Source: an uncultured Acidobacteriota bacterium
Lineage (GTDB): Bacteria > Acidobacteriota > Polarisedimenticolia > J045
DNA length: 64,000 nt
Direction of reading: 5' to 3'
Assembly (NCBI GenBank): GCA_963702425.1
Contig: CAVPCQ010000024.1
Span: forward strand, 56,577 to 120,576
Shown here: in pieces, positions 48,901 to 58,931 of the stretch
Layout: the number at the start of each line of letters is the position of its first letter
How positions within the stretch are numbered: position 1 is the stretch's first letter
The notes under the pieces: generated by a model
Seen by the model: only the letters and a program-made list of their open reading frames with translations
Databases searched by the model: none
What the model was told of the DNA's origin: nothing
Program-made: the position numbers and the translations under genes

Positions 48901-50007
48901 GGCACCCGGCATCCGCTCCTTGCGGATCCAGGCGGCGCCGCCGTCCTCGACCAGCGTCGTGGTCGTGCGGAAGGCCGGGTGCCGGGAGACGTTGTAGCGC
49001 CGCGCGGCCCAGGCCGGTGCTCCCACCGGGAGCGAGCCGCCGTGTCCCTTGCGCGCGACCCAGAGGAACGAGTTGGCGTGGTCCGCGAGCAGGCCGTTGG
49101 CGGCGAGGCCCGCGAGCGCGAGGTGATCGGAGAACAGGAACTGCCGCGGCCGGACGTAGTCGGCGAACGGCATCGAGCACCACTGCGCCAGCCCCAGGCG
49201 GCGTGCGTCGTCGGCGCCGCAGCGGGCGGCGTTGACGAACGTCGTCGGGACCTTGTAGTCCGGGAACGGGAGCAGCAGCGCCGTCGAGGTCAGCCCCTGC
49301 GCCTCGAGCAGCGCGGCCAGCTCGGCGCGCCCGAAGGTGCGCGGTCCGTCCGGGTCGGGATAGCCCTCCAGGTTCGCGAAGCGGGGCGCGCCGTGGTCCT
49401 CGCCGCAGCCTGCGAGGTACTTGACCCCGAGGCGATTCTCGATCGCGACGATCAGCGCGCCCCCGGGACGCAGCCGCGCGGCCGCCCGTGCGATCAGCGC
49501 GGCGAACGGGTCCTTCGCTCCGCGTGCAAACTGCGCGGCGTACTCGAGGACGCCGATCAGCGTGACGATGTCGAACGCCTCGCTCGTGACGAAGTCCTGG
49601 AAGTCGCAGGCGACGACCTCCACGCCGGCGAGGCCGCGACAGCGGCGGTGCGCGATCGTCGCCCGGGCCAGGCTGCCCTCGACCGCGACGACCCGCGCGC
49701 AGGTTTCTCCGAGGTAGCGCGTGATCGCCCCGCAGCCGGCGCCGATTTCGAGCACCCGCGCCGCAGCGTCGAGGTCGAGAGCGCGCAGGAGGTTCGCGCG
49801 CTCGGAAGAGAGGTGGTAGCGCGACGGCCAGTCGCGGATCGCCGCCGCCAGCTCGCGCGACCCGCTCCCCAGGTCGGTCGCCCGGTCGAGCACCTCGACC
49901 AGGTACCCCTCGGCCTCGACGCCGTCGGTGTAGGCCAGGAAGGCCGCCGTGCCGGCCGGCACGAAGACCCCGTCTCGCGACACGAACTCCTTCGGGAAAC
50001 GCGCCAC
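45934..50007 (-). CDS. Multidomain methyltransferase - kinase-like - GT2 - GT4 glycan biosynthesis protein
   Basis: LEIGAGCGAITR, IGVLEY, ENRLG; DCIPDNLL...VDREW; IVVPVY...VDDAS...LLNADT...YGEEVDWC; VKG...PESYCFTLDEA; GTG start after GGAGG. Confidence 0.85.
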   Translation of the reverse strand: MARFPKEFVSRDGVFVPAGTAAFLAYTDGVEAEGYLVEVLDRATDLGSGSRELAAAIRDWPSRYHLSSERANLLRALDLDAAARVLEIGAGCGAITRYLGETCARVVAVEGSLARATIAHRRCRGLAGVEVVACDFQDFVTSEAFDIVTLIGVLEYAAQFARGAKDPFAALIARAAARLRPGGALIVAIENRLGVKYLAGCGEDHGAPRFANLEGYPDPDGPRTFGRAELAALLEAQGLTSTALLLPFPDYKVPTTFVNAARCGADDARRLGLAQWCSMPFADYVRPRQFLFSDHLALAGLAANGLLADHANSFLWVARKGHGGSLPVGAPAWAARRYNVSRHPAFRTTTTLVEDGGAAWIRKERMPGAGPADPALPLTQRLEERSALHESARALSSRMLAALRRGSGGADAFAAELRTWLAFLLKHGATGNGESSLRPEFLDCIPDNLLEDGRGRWHYVDREWAWSEPVPLGWVLFRGLLSLWRTHAPWIAGDAFERGASFADFHRQCLALLGATEPHGAAAEWSRREALLQRIVADGCLPASGGAGAIEIGEMLGSDLDFGREAREDLDRRAARLARTVAEADMLGAALESAQRAARDQAVADAAGRQAEEIAGAVTAELVAAALTASDEPEPEQHLYEIVVPVYDGVDDLLRCLDALLAHTDSRHGILLVDDASPDDRVAGVLDAYAARDPRIRVHRLPENRGFPGAVNAGLERTTRDVVLLNADTVVTPGWLARMDRCRRSDPRIHTVTPLSNNATICSVPQFNQKNPLPDGLSPDDMARLVARTSLHRYPRVPTGVGFCLLVTRALIDAVGPLDEAFGRGYGEEVDWCQRGWAYGMESAICDDAFVYHHGEVGFSAVPERRTLQERNRELVAQRWPAYERAVRTWCLLNPLRLQHQRLFAALRRPPGDRRLRLLHVVHSYGVPAGTELHTRRVVAGTRERFDNTVLHPAPLDGWFDAVAHEDEDGTLQVTLNAATVPARAAIFGAPLESRSLLVERAFAEIVAGSGAELVHFHHLARFGTLALPAVARRFGAKVVVSAHDLFFLCPDFTMLGLDGRHCGRSQYEGDARCVACLGAKAARVEGLGDDALAALLAERQAVARAALLAADAIVAPSAAVADRLALAFGEEIAARTAVIGHGTEELRAASRHGGDRTLHAIFLGNLTAVKGRAPFLEAVRRLAGRPIRFSVVGAAPGGKDLAALARRVALTGSYTPGELPKRLADADVVVIPSVGPESYCFTLDEALRLGIPVVASRIGALAERVVHETTGLLVEPGDAAGLAAALERLASDRALLDRLRAGVRGLSFKSVAENVAEYEALYDGLLARRFDRNTLLRHQALAAVAAGRGVPQPQGT

Positions 50008-50194
50008 GGCGCCATCCTCCGAGGACCGGGACTGCAAGCGCGCTGCCAGCGGAAAGGCCTGCGCGGCGGGGGGTTCCAGGGGACGTGCGGGGCGCCGCCG
50101 ACTCCCGCTTGGCAGCCCTGTCGGATCGTTGACGCTTCCTCGAGCGGACGCCGCAGGGTCAGAATGGCGGGGCCACCGACTCCCGGAGCCGCGC

Positions 50195-50957
50195 ATGGTC
50201 CCGCTCGCCCAACTCCTCGTCGCACCTCGACGCCTTCCTCGACGTTCCCGCCGTCCGCGACTACGGCCCCAACGGGCTGCAGGTCGAGGGGCGGCCGGAG
50301 GTCCGCAAGGTCGCGCTCGGTGTCAGCGCGGCGCGCGACTTCCTGCAGCAGGCGGCGGCGTGGGGCGCAGACGCGGCGATCGTCCACCACGGGATCTTCT
50401 GGCGCGGGCAGGGCGAGATGCGGGTCGAGCGCGCGCTGCGCGCGCGGCTGAAGCTGCTGCTCGACGCCGACATGAGCCTGCTCGCGTACCACCTGCCACT
50501 CGACCGCCACCCGCTGGTCGGCAACAACGCGGTGCTCGCGCGGCGGCTGGGGGCCGAGGTGGTGGACGCGGCGTTCGAGCACGAGGGGGTGCCGATCGGC
50601 GTGGTCGCGGAGTTCGCGGCGCCGGTGACGCTGGGCGGGATCGCGGCGCGGATCGAGGCGGTGCTGCGGCGCGCGCCGCTGGTGATCGAGGCCGGAGAGC
50701 GGCCGGTCCGGCGCTTCGGGGTCGTCAGCGGCGGGGCGCCCAAGTACCTCGAGGAGGCGGCCCGGCGCGGCCTCGACCTGTTCCTGACGGGCGAGCCGTC
50801 GGAGGCGGCGGTCCACCTGGCGCGCGAGGAGGGGATCCACTTCGTCGCGGCGGGACACCACGCGACGGAGCGGTTCGGAGTGCAGGCGCTGGGGGAGCAC
50901 CTGGTCGAGCGATTCGGGTTGGAGACGCGGTATTTCGAGGTGGACAATCCGGTGTAG
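50195..50957 (+). CDS. Nif3-like dinuclear metal-centre protein (apparent frameshift near 50215)
   Basis: DYGPNGLQVEG, IVHHG, YHLPLDRHP..GNN, AGHHATE. Confidence 0.88.
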
Positions 50958-50990
50958 GTAGCCGGAGACTGGCAACGCGGAGGACGAAAC

Positions 50991-51832
50991 ATGGAGCGGG
51001 GAGCGGCAACGCGGGGCAAGGTCGCCAAGGCGGTCGCGGGCGCCGAGGCGATCGAGATCAAGGCGACGATTCCGGACCACCAGATCCAGGCGGCGCTGGC
51101 GCAGTTCGGCCTCAAGCGAAGCAACGACGAGGAACGCTACATCTACTTCTTCGACACGCCCCAGCTCGACCTGCTTCACGCCGGGATCATCGCCCGGGCT
51201 CGCCGCGTGGTCGGCGACGCGCACGACAGCACCGTGAAGTTCCGGCCGGTGATTCCCGCGGACGTCGACCGGAAGTGGCGCAAGTACCGGGACTTCAAGA
51301 TCGAGGCGGATGCGAGCGAGAAGGGTGTCACCAAGTCCGCGTCGTTTTCGATGCCGGTGACGCGGGGGCACATCAAGCGCGTCGCCGTCGGCAGGAAGCC
51401 GATCGCCGAGATCTTCACCAGGGAGCAGCAGGAGTTCCTGTCGGCCACGGCGGGCCACGCGATCGACTTCACGAGCCTCGCCGTGCTCGGGCCGCTGACG
51501 GCGCAACGCTGGCAGTTCGAGGACCCGGGTTGCCCCTGGCCGATCACCGCCGAGCTGTGGAAGCGCGAGGACGGCGACCTGCTGCTGGAGGTTTCGATCA
51601 AGGCCCCGGTCAAGCAGGCCGCGGTCGCGACGGCCGGCTTCATGGCCTTTCTCGCCGAGATGGGCGCCGAGCGCGACCGGAACGAGCAGGCCAAGACGCG
51701 CTGGGCACTCGAGTACTACGCCGGCAAGCTCGCGCGCGAGGCCGCTGCCGGGAAGGCACCGGCCAAGGCGAAGCCGAAGACCAGCAAGCCCGCCCGGGCT
51801 CAGGGCGCGCGGCCGCCTTCCCCAGGAAGTAG
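50991..51832 (+). CDS. CYTH-like protein (3' end uncertain; ORF reads on to 52724, probably through an indel)
   Basis: IEIK, IYFFDTPQL, RAR...STVKFR, ELW...EVSIK. Confidence 0.65.
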
Positions 51833-53720
51833 GCGACGACGGTGTTGCCCGTCCAGGTCGGGACGACGAGCAGCCGCTCGCTCCGGCACGAACGCGAAGT
51901 TGCACGCCCCCTTGCCCGGCACGCTCGTGTCGAGCAGGCGCGTGACGGTCCCGTCCGGCGCGATGCGGAAGATCCGCCCCTCGACCTGCGAGACGAGCAG
52001 GTTCCCGGCGTCGTCGGAGGTCAAGCCGACCAGGATGCCGGGGCCGAAGCGCGCGAGCGTGCGCGTGGCGCGCGTCGCGATCTCGACCGAGCGGACGGTG
52101 CCGTCGCCGTTCGTGCCCACGAAGAGGGTCCCGCCGCGGATGTGGAGCGCGTTGGGGCGAAGCAGGCCGGTCAGCCACTCCTCGGCGCGGCCGTCCGCGA
52201 GGCGCCAGATCACCCCCTTGCGCGAGTCGGTGACGAAGAGCGCGCCGTCGGTGTCCGAGCGCCGCCTTGTTGAGCATGACCGAGCCGGCGACGGGAATGC
52301 GTTCCCGGACCTTCGCGGTCGCGACGTCGATCACGGCGACTCCCGTCGGCTCGACCGCGAAGAGCGTGCCGCCGTCGAGCACGAGGCCCGTCGGATGGGT
52401 CAGGCCGTCGACCCAGCGCAGCGTCTCGATGCGCCCGTCGGGTCCGAGCTTGGTGAGGAACTGGCGGCCGGGCGACGGGTCGGGGTTTGCCGCGTCGTAT
52501 GCCGACACGTAGAAGGCGCTCCGCGCCGGATCGAAGACGGCCGACTCGGCGGAGGGGATCTCCGCCTGGGTCTCCCAGAGCCTCGTGATCGCCCGGCGCC
52601 GCGAACTCCGCGCCTGCGTCCTGGAACTCGAAGCCCCAGCCGCCGAACCCCTCGTAGAGGTAGATCGTCAGGTCGTTGTCGCCCTCTTCCAGCGGCAGGA
52701 AGAGGTGATCGAAGAGTCCGATGAAGCCCGGGAAGGACGGGTCGCGCGAAAGGTAGGAGCTGTCGCCGGCGAAGACGGGACGGCCGTTGAGGAAGACGGA
52801 GATCGCGTCGCTGTACCCGAAGCGCAGCCGGCGGACCTCCTTCGCCGAGGCGGTGAGCCGGGTGCGGGCGACGACCGCGTCGACACCCGGCCCGAGGCGG
52901 CCGTAGTGACGCGAGACGTCGACGAGACCGCCGGGGAGCGCCGTCACGCGCTTCCAGACCAGCGGCGGGAGCTGCTGCTCGCCGAGCGGCTTCCCGTCGT
53001 CGAGCTGGTCGCCGCGCAGGGGCTGCGACAGCTCCCACTCGGCGATGAAGCCGGGAGCGGGCCAGGCGGCGGGCGGCGGATCGAACTGCAGCGCGTCTTC
53101 GGCGCGGAAGCGGAAGTCCGAGAAGTACGCCGACCCGTCGGCGGGGCCCAGGAGCCCCAGCCCGCCCTTCGACATCCCGCGCTGAAGCTCGTGGATCTCG
53201 AGGGCCGGCTGCTCGGCGCCGTCGAGGAAGACGCGGGCCTGCGTTCCGGAGACCTCGACCCGCACGTGCAGCCAGCGGCCCGTCGGGAGGTCCGCGTAGG
53301 CCGTCTTCCCGTCGCCGCCGTAGAGCTGCCACGAGTCGATGCCGTTGAACGCCGCGACGTACTGCACGACGTCGGGAACGCGCGCCGTGTTCGCGTGGTG
53401 CGGCCGCAGGTAGACCCGCTCGTGGTTGCCGCGCGACGCGATCCGGAACAGCACGCCGGGATAGGAGCGCTCGCCGTTCACGGCGACGTCGAACTCGATC
53501 ACACCGTTCTCGAAGACGGCGTCGCCGAGCAGGGCCGAACCGGCGAGCGCCTTGCGGCCGAGGTGCTCGACGACGCTTCCCTGCACGATCGTCCAGCGCG
53601 GGGAGTCGAACGGGATCGGCGACGCGCTCTCGTCGGCAGCGGCCTGCGGCGGCAGGAGCGCAGGGCTGCGAGGATCACGACGATCGAGGCAGGGACGGGA
53701 CGGACGACTCGAGCCCTCAT
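51800..53720 (-). CDS. Secreted DUF1080-like plus SMP-30/gluconolactonase beta-propeller protein (several apparent frameshifts)
   Basis: Coherent segments in ORFs 53499..53726 (signal), 52210..53745 (FENGVIEFD...WLHVRVEV), 49557..52508 (WVDGLTHPTGL) and 51800..52213 (RPNAL...GNLLVS). Confidence 0.65.
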
Positions 53721-53807
53721 CGGCACTCTCCACGGAACGGAGCAAGTGTCGACCCGCGCGCGAGCCTGCGGTGTGCCGCTGGGATACGGGATCGAACCGG
53801 TCGTGGC

Positions 53808-54279
<472 letters not shown>

Positions 54280-54399
54280 TGGCGGGTCCCCTCGTCTGCA
54301 GGAGATCGTAACCCCGGGACCCGGACCCGGGCACCTGCGCGCGATCTCGCCGTGGAGTGCATCTGTGCTAGCGTCTGCGCATGACCAGAGGGAGAACCC

Positions 54400-55191
54400 A
54401 TGACGCGTCTCTGCCGATCGCCGCTGCCGGCCCTGGCCCCGGCCGTGACCGCCTTGCTCGCCGCATGCGGCAGCGTGCAGCCCGTGGCTGACGCTCCGTC
54501 GCTCGAGAGCACCGCTTGGGTGCTGTCCGCCCTGCCCGGGCAGAGCCTCGCCGCGGAGAGCCCCGCAACGCTGCGCTTCGAGGCCGGGCGCGTCAGCGGC
54601 ACCGACGGCTGCAACCGCTACGGCGGCCCGTACTCCATTGAGGGCTCGGAGCTCAAGGTGACGCCGCAGCTGGCCTCCACGATGATGGCCTGCCCGCCCC
54701 CCGTGGACGCGCAGGCGAAGGCGTTCATCGCCGCGCTGACCGGCGCGGGCAGGTACCGGATCGCGGAAGGGCAGCTGGAACTGCTGTCCGCGGACGGCAC
54801 GCTGCGCGCGACGCTGGCCCGGCAGTCGGAAACGCTGGCCGGCACGACGTGGCGCATCACCGGGATCAACAACGGCAAGCAGGCGGTCGTCAGCGTGCTC
54901 GCCGGGACCTCGCCGACGCTGGCCTTCGCGGCGGACGGTCGCGCCAGCGGGTCGGCGGGGTGCAACAGCTTCAATTCCCGGTACACGGCCGACGGAGCGC
55001 AGCTGAAGTTCGCCCCGCCCGCTTCGACACGGAAGATGTGCGCGGAGCCCGTGGGGGTGATGGAGCAGGAGCAGATGCTCCTGGCAGCGCTCGAGACGGT
55101 GGCTACGGCCCAGGTCGAGGGGGATCGGCTGGAGCTGCGAAGGGGCGACGGAGCGCTGGCCCTGTCGGCGACGCGGGACGGGGGCGGCTAG
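54400..55191 (+). CDS. Lipoprotein with two META (HslJ-like) domains
   Basis: Lipobox LLAAC; repeated GTDGCNRY...STMMAC and GSAGCNSF...STRKMC. Confidence 0.9.
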   Translation: MTRLCRSPLPALAPAVTALLAACGSVQPVADAPSLESTAWVLSALPGQSLAAESPATLRFEAGRVSGTDGCNRYGGPYSIEGSELKVTPQLASTMMACPPPVDAQAKAFIAALTGAGRYRIAEGQLELLSADGTLRATLARQSETLAGTTWRITGINNGKQAVVSVLAGTSPTLAFAADGRASGSAGCNSFNSRYTADGAQLKFAPPASTRKMCAEPVGVMEQEQMLLAALETVATAQVEGDRLELRRGDGALALSATRDGGG

Positions 55192-55235
55192 AGAATCCCG
55201 CACAGTCGAGTCGCGCTGGACGGGGCCCCCGGCTC

Positions 55236-55645
55236 TCAGATCTCCGCTCGCTTCACCTGCTGGACGACCCACCGCGCCGCGTCGCGCGCCCGCGTGGCGT
55301 CGGCACGCACGTAGAAGGTCGAGGGGGTGAGATCCTCGGCGCCGTAGAACGCGCAACTCGAGGTCCCGCCGGAGCTCTTTCGAGATCTCGGCCAGGCGGT
55401 CGGCCTCCGAGGCGAGGCCGTCCGGCACCCGGTCCCGCTCGAGCAGCAGGACCTCGGACACGTCGTGGATGCGCGGGGCCTCGACGCCGCACCCGCGCAG
55501 CAGCCCCTTCAGCGCCAGCTCGACGACCTCCTGCGATTCCCGGACGACGTCGGCCCAGCCTCCGCCTTCGAACAGGGTGTCCACCGCGCGGAGCCGGAGC
55601 TCCGCCCGGGCAACGTAGTCGCGCGCGAGCTCGACGTTGTGCAGG
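55236..55645 (-). CDS. HEPN domain protein (apparent frameshift near 55355; start uncertain)
   Basis: LARDYVARA...DVVRESQEVVELALKGLL...PRIHDV; second frame FYGAEDLTPSTFY...DA. Confidence 0.8.
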
Positions 55646-55672
55646 TCGACCGCGCGGGATAGGGTGGAGTGG

Positions 55673-56275
55673 TCAGGCGACCTCCGTCCAGTAGGGTTGT
55701 CCGTGGACGACCCGGCGCACCAGGTTGCCGGAGGCGATCCGGCTGCGAACCTGCGCGAGAACGCGCGAGACCCGGCGATCGCGCTCGAAAACGACGAACC
55801 CGTCGGTGGCGATCTCGGCCCAGAGCGGAGTCGCCGCCTCGGCCCCGGAGGGGAGGCGGGCGAAGTGCGCGTCGGCCGCGTGGCCGTCGATCCGGAGCGG
55901 TCCGGCGGCATCCCAGCGGCGGTAAAGCTCACGGCAGACAGGCGTGCGTTCATCCACGACGAGCATGACGTCGACATCGGAACCGTCCTGCGCCTCACCC
56001 CGAGCCCACGATCCGTGTACGACGACGCCCACGAGGGAGCCCTCGAGGAGTTGGAGGGCGTGCACCACGACGGCCTGCAACTCGGCGTCTTCGACCGCGA
56101 TCCCAGCGGGTTCGGCCAGCTTGCGCGCGCAGTGCTCGTTGAGGGAGATGCCTCGCTCCGCCGCCTCGCGCCGCAGCTCGGCGTGCAGGTCCGCGCCGAT
56201 GCGCAGCACGAAGCGGCCGGAGGCCGCGGGACGCTTCCTGCGCGGGCCCGGTGTCTTGACGGTACTATTCGTCAT
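55673..56275 (-). CDS. Minimal nucleotidyltransferase with N-terminal HicB-like ribbon-helix-helix domain
   Basis: SGRFVLRIGADLHAELRREAAERGISLNE; VHGSWARGEAQDGSDVDV. Confidence 0.85.
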   Translation of the reverse strand: MTNSTVKTPGPRRKRPAASGRFVLRIGADLHAELRREAAERGISLNEHCARKLAEPAGIAVEDAELQAVVVHALQLLEGSLVGVVVHGSWARGEAQDGSDVDVMLVVDERTPVCRELYRRWDAAGPLRIDGHAADAHFARLPSGAEAATPLWAEIATDGFVVFERDRRVSRVLAQVRSRIASGNLVRRVVHGQPYWTEVA

Positions 56276-56391
56276 TACAGATGATACTGTCATGAATCAG
56301 GCGCGATATCAAGGGACGCCGGCAGGCTCGCGAGTCTCGCCGCATCCAGACGGTTTGAGCGGCTCTTCCTTGGAGAGTAGGCTCCGGGACC

Positions 56392-57213
56392 TTGCCCGCC
56401 TTCGCCGGAGCCCTCGTGCCCGAAGCCCTCTCCCCTTGGACCGCCCTGCTCCTCGGCTGGCTCGGCGCCGCGCTGGTCATGGCGGCGCTCTGGACCGTGC
56501 AGCTCCGGACGAAGGACGCCTCGGCGGTCGACGTCGCCTGGGCCGCGCTGCTCGGAGTGCTCGCGATCTTCTACGCCGCCGTCGGCGCCGGCGATCCGCA
56601 GCGCCGGCTGATCCTCGCGCTCCTCACCGCGCTGTGGGCCTTCCGGCTGGCGCTCTACCTGCTCGTCAACCGCGTGATCGGCAAGCCGGAGGACGGCCGC
56701 TACCAGGCGCTGCGGACGAGCTGGGGCGCGAACGCCCAGCGCAACTTCTTCCTCTTCTTCCAGGCCCAGGCTGCCTTCGACCTCGTCTTCTCGATCCCGT
56801 TCCTCGTCGTCGCGACCAACCGCGCTCCCGCGCTCGCCTGGACCGACTGGGCCGGCGCGGCGGTGATCGCCGTCGCGATCCTCGGTGAATCGATCGCCGA
56901 CCGGCAGCTCGCCCGCTTCCGCGCCGATCCGGCGAGTCGCGGGCGGACCTGCCGCGTCGGCCTCTGGAATTACTCGCGCCACCCGAACTACTTCTTCGAG
57001 TGGCTCCACTGGTGGGCCTACCCGCTGCTGGCAGCCGGCTCGCCGTGGTGGTGGGTGACGCTGCTCGGCCCGGCGTTCATGCTCTACCTGCTGTTCAAGG
57101 TCACGGGCATCCCGGCGACCGAGGCGCAGGCCCTGCGGACCCGCAGCGACTACGCCGAGTACCAGCGGACCACGAGCGCTTTCGTCCCGTGGTTCCGCAA
57201 GGAGACGCGATGA
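56392..57213 (+). CDS. DUF1295 (steroid 5-alpha-reductase-like) membrane protein
   Basis: VDVAW, EDGRY, ESIADRQL, GLWNYSRHPNYFFEW, TGIPATE. Confidence 0.9.
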   Translation: MPAFAGALVPEALSPWTALLLGWLGAALVMAALWTVQLRTKDASAVDVAWAALLGVLAIFYAAVGAGDPQRRLILALLTALWAFRLALYLLVNRVIGKPEDGRYQALRTSWGANAQRNFFLFFQAQAAFDLVFSIPFLVVATNRAPALAWTDWAGAAVIAVAILGESIADRQLARFRADPASRGRTCRVGLWNYSRHPNYFFEWLHWWAYPLLAAGSPWWWVTLLGPAFMLYLLFKVTGIPATEAQALRTRSDYAEYQRTTSAFVPWFRKETR

Positions 57214-58242
57214 AGGCCGCTCTCGAACTCGCCGAACGGGGCCTCCTGCCCGACGCGCTGGTGCGCCGCGGGATCCGCCAGATGCTCGAGCAGCGGATCG
57301 AGGAGGAGCACGTCGCCGACCCCGAGCTGCAGCGCGAGCGCAAGCGCCGGCTGACCTCGCTGCTGAGAGGGAGCCCGATCGCGCTCCACACCGACAAGGC
57401 CAACGAGCAGCACTACGAGCTGCCGGCGTCGTTCTTCGGCGCCGTGCTGGGCCGGCACCGGAAGTACAGCAGCGGCTACTGGGGCGACGACGTCACCACG
57501 CTCGACGCGGCCGAGGAGATGATGCTGCGGATGTCGGCCGAGCGGGCCGAGATCGTCGACGGCCAGCGGGTGCTCGACCTGGGCTGCGGCTGGGGCTCGT
57601 TCACGCTCTGGATCGCGCAGCACTATCCCGGCCTGCCGCGTCACCGGCGTCACGAACTCGCGCGGTCAGAAGGAGTTCATCGACGACGAGGCGGCGCGGC
57701 GCGGACTCGCCAACGTCCAGGTCCTGGTCGACGACATGAACCATTTCCAGGCGCCGGCGCGCTACGACCGCGTGGTCTCGATCGAGATGTTCGAGCACAT
57801 GCGGAACTACGAGGCCCTGCTGGCGCGGATCGCGGGCTGGCTGGACCCGGGCGGGAAGCTGTTCGTCCACGTCTTCGCCCACCGGCGCTACGCGTATCCC
57901 TTCGAGAGCGAGGGCGAAGACAACTGGATGGGCCGCCTCTTCTTCACCGGCGGGATCATGCCCAGCGACGACCTGCTGCTGCACTTCCAGCGCGACCTCT
58001 GGGTGGACGACCACTGGGTCGTCAACGGCGCGCACTACGGCAGCACCGCCGAGGCCTGGCTGGCCAACCTCGACCGCCGCAAGGACGCGGTGCTGCCCGA
58101 CCTCGTGAAGACCTACGGCGAGGACGACGCCGACCGCTGGTTCGCGCGCTGGCGGATGTTCTTCATGGCCTGCGCCGAGCTGTTCAACTACGCCGACGGG
58201 ACGGAGTGGATCGTCTCGCACTACCGCTTCGCCAAGCGATGA
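57210..58242 (+). CDS. Cyclopropane-fatty-acyl-phospholipid synthase-like SAM methyltransferase (apparent frameshift near 57635)
   Basis: [23 protein letters not shown]; then [33 protein letters not shown]. Confidence 0.88.
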
Positions 58243-58931
58243 GCGGGGCGCCGCCGGTCGTCGAGCTGCGCGGCGTCACCCGCGTCTTCGAGGAAGGGGA
58301 GGCGCGCCGCGCGGTCCTCTCCGATGCCAGCGCGGCGATCCACGCCGGCGAGATCGCGGTCATCCTCGGGCGCAGCGGCTCGGGCAAGTCGACGCTGCTC
58401 AACCTGGTCAGCGGGATCGACCTCCCGAACGCCGGCGAGGTGATCGTCGACGGCGTGCGGCTCGACGCGCTCTCCGAGCGCGAGCGGACCCTCTTCCGGC
58501 GCCGGCGGATCGGTTTCATCTTCCAGTTCTTCAACCTGATCCCGACGCTGACGGTGGAGGAGAATCTCCTGCTGCCGCTCGAGCTGAACGGCCCGATCGG
58601 CGCGGCGGAGCGGGAGCGCGCGCGCGCGCTGCTCGAGGCGGTCGAGCTGGCGGATCGGGCGCGCAGCTTCCCGGACCGCCTCTCCGGCGGCGAGCAGCAG
58701 CGCGTCGCGGTCGCGCGCGCGCTGGCGCACCAGCCGGCGCTGATGCTGGCCGACGAGCCGACCGGAAACCTCGACCTCGAGACCGGCCGCAAGGTGCTCG
58801 ACCTGCTCGACCGGCTGACGCGCCGCGAGGGACGCACGATGCTGATGGTCACGCACAGCCCGGAGGTCGTCGGGCTGGCCGACCGCGTCTTCGCGATCGA
58901 GGGCGGGAAGCTGGTCGAAAGGGCGCCGTGA
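58239..58931 (+). CDS. ABC transporter ATP-binding protein (LolD/MacB type)
   Basis: [43 protein letters not shown]. Confidence 0.95.
   Translation: MSGAPPVVELRGVTRVFEEGEARRAVLSDASAAIHAGEIAVILGRSGSGKSTLLNLVSGIDLPNAGEVIVDGVRLDALSERERTLFRRRRIGFIFQFFNLIPTLTVEENLLLPLELNGPIGAAERERARALLEAVELADRARSFPDRLSGGEQQRVAVARALAHQPALMLADEPTGNLDLETGRKVLDLLDRLTRREGRTMLMVTHSPEVVGLADRVFAIEGGKLVERAP

Noticed and set aside
50991-52724. 577-aa CYTH fusion protein
   Set aside because: The C-terminal half is antisense to the propeller gene and low-complexity; likely read-through caused by an indel near 51820
57000-58931. Methyltransferase-ABC ATPase fusion (643-aa ORF)
   Set aside because: Artefact of the frameshift near 57635; the ATPase has its own ATG overlapping the methyltransferase stop
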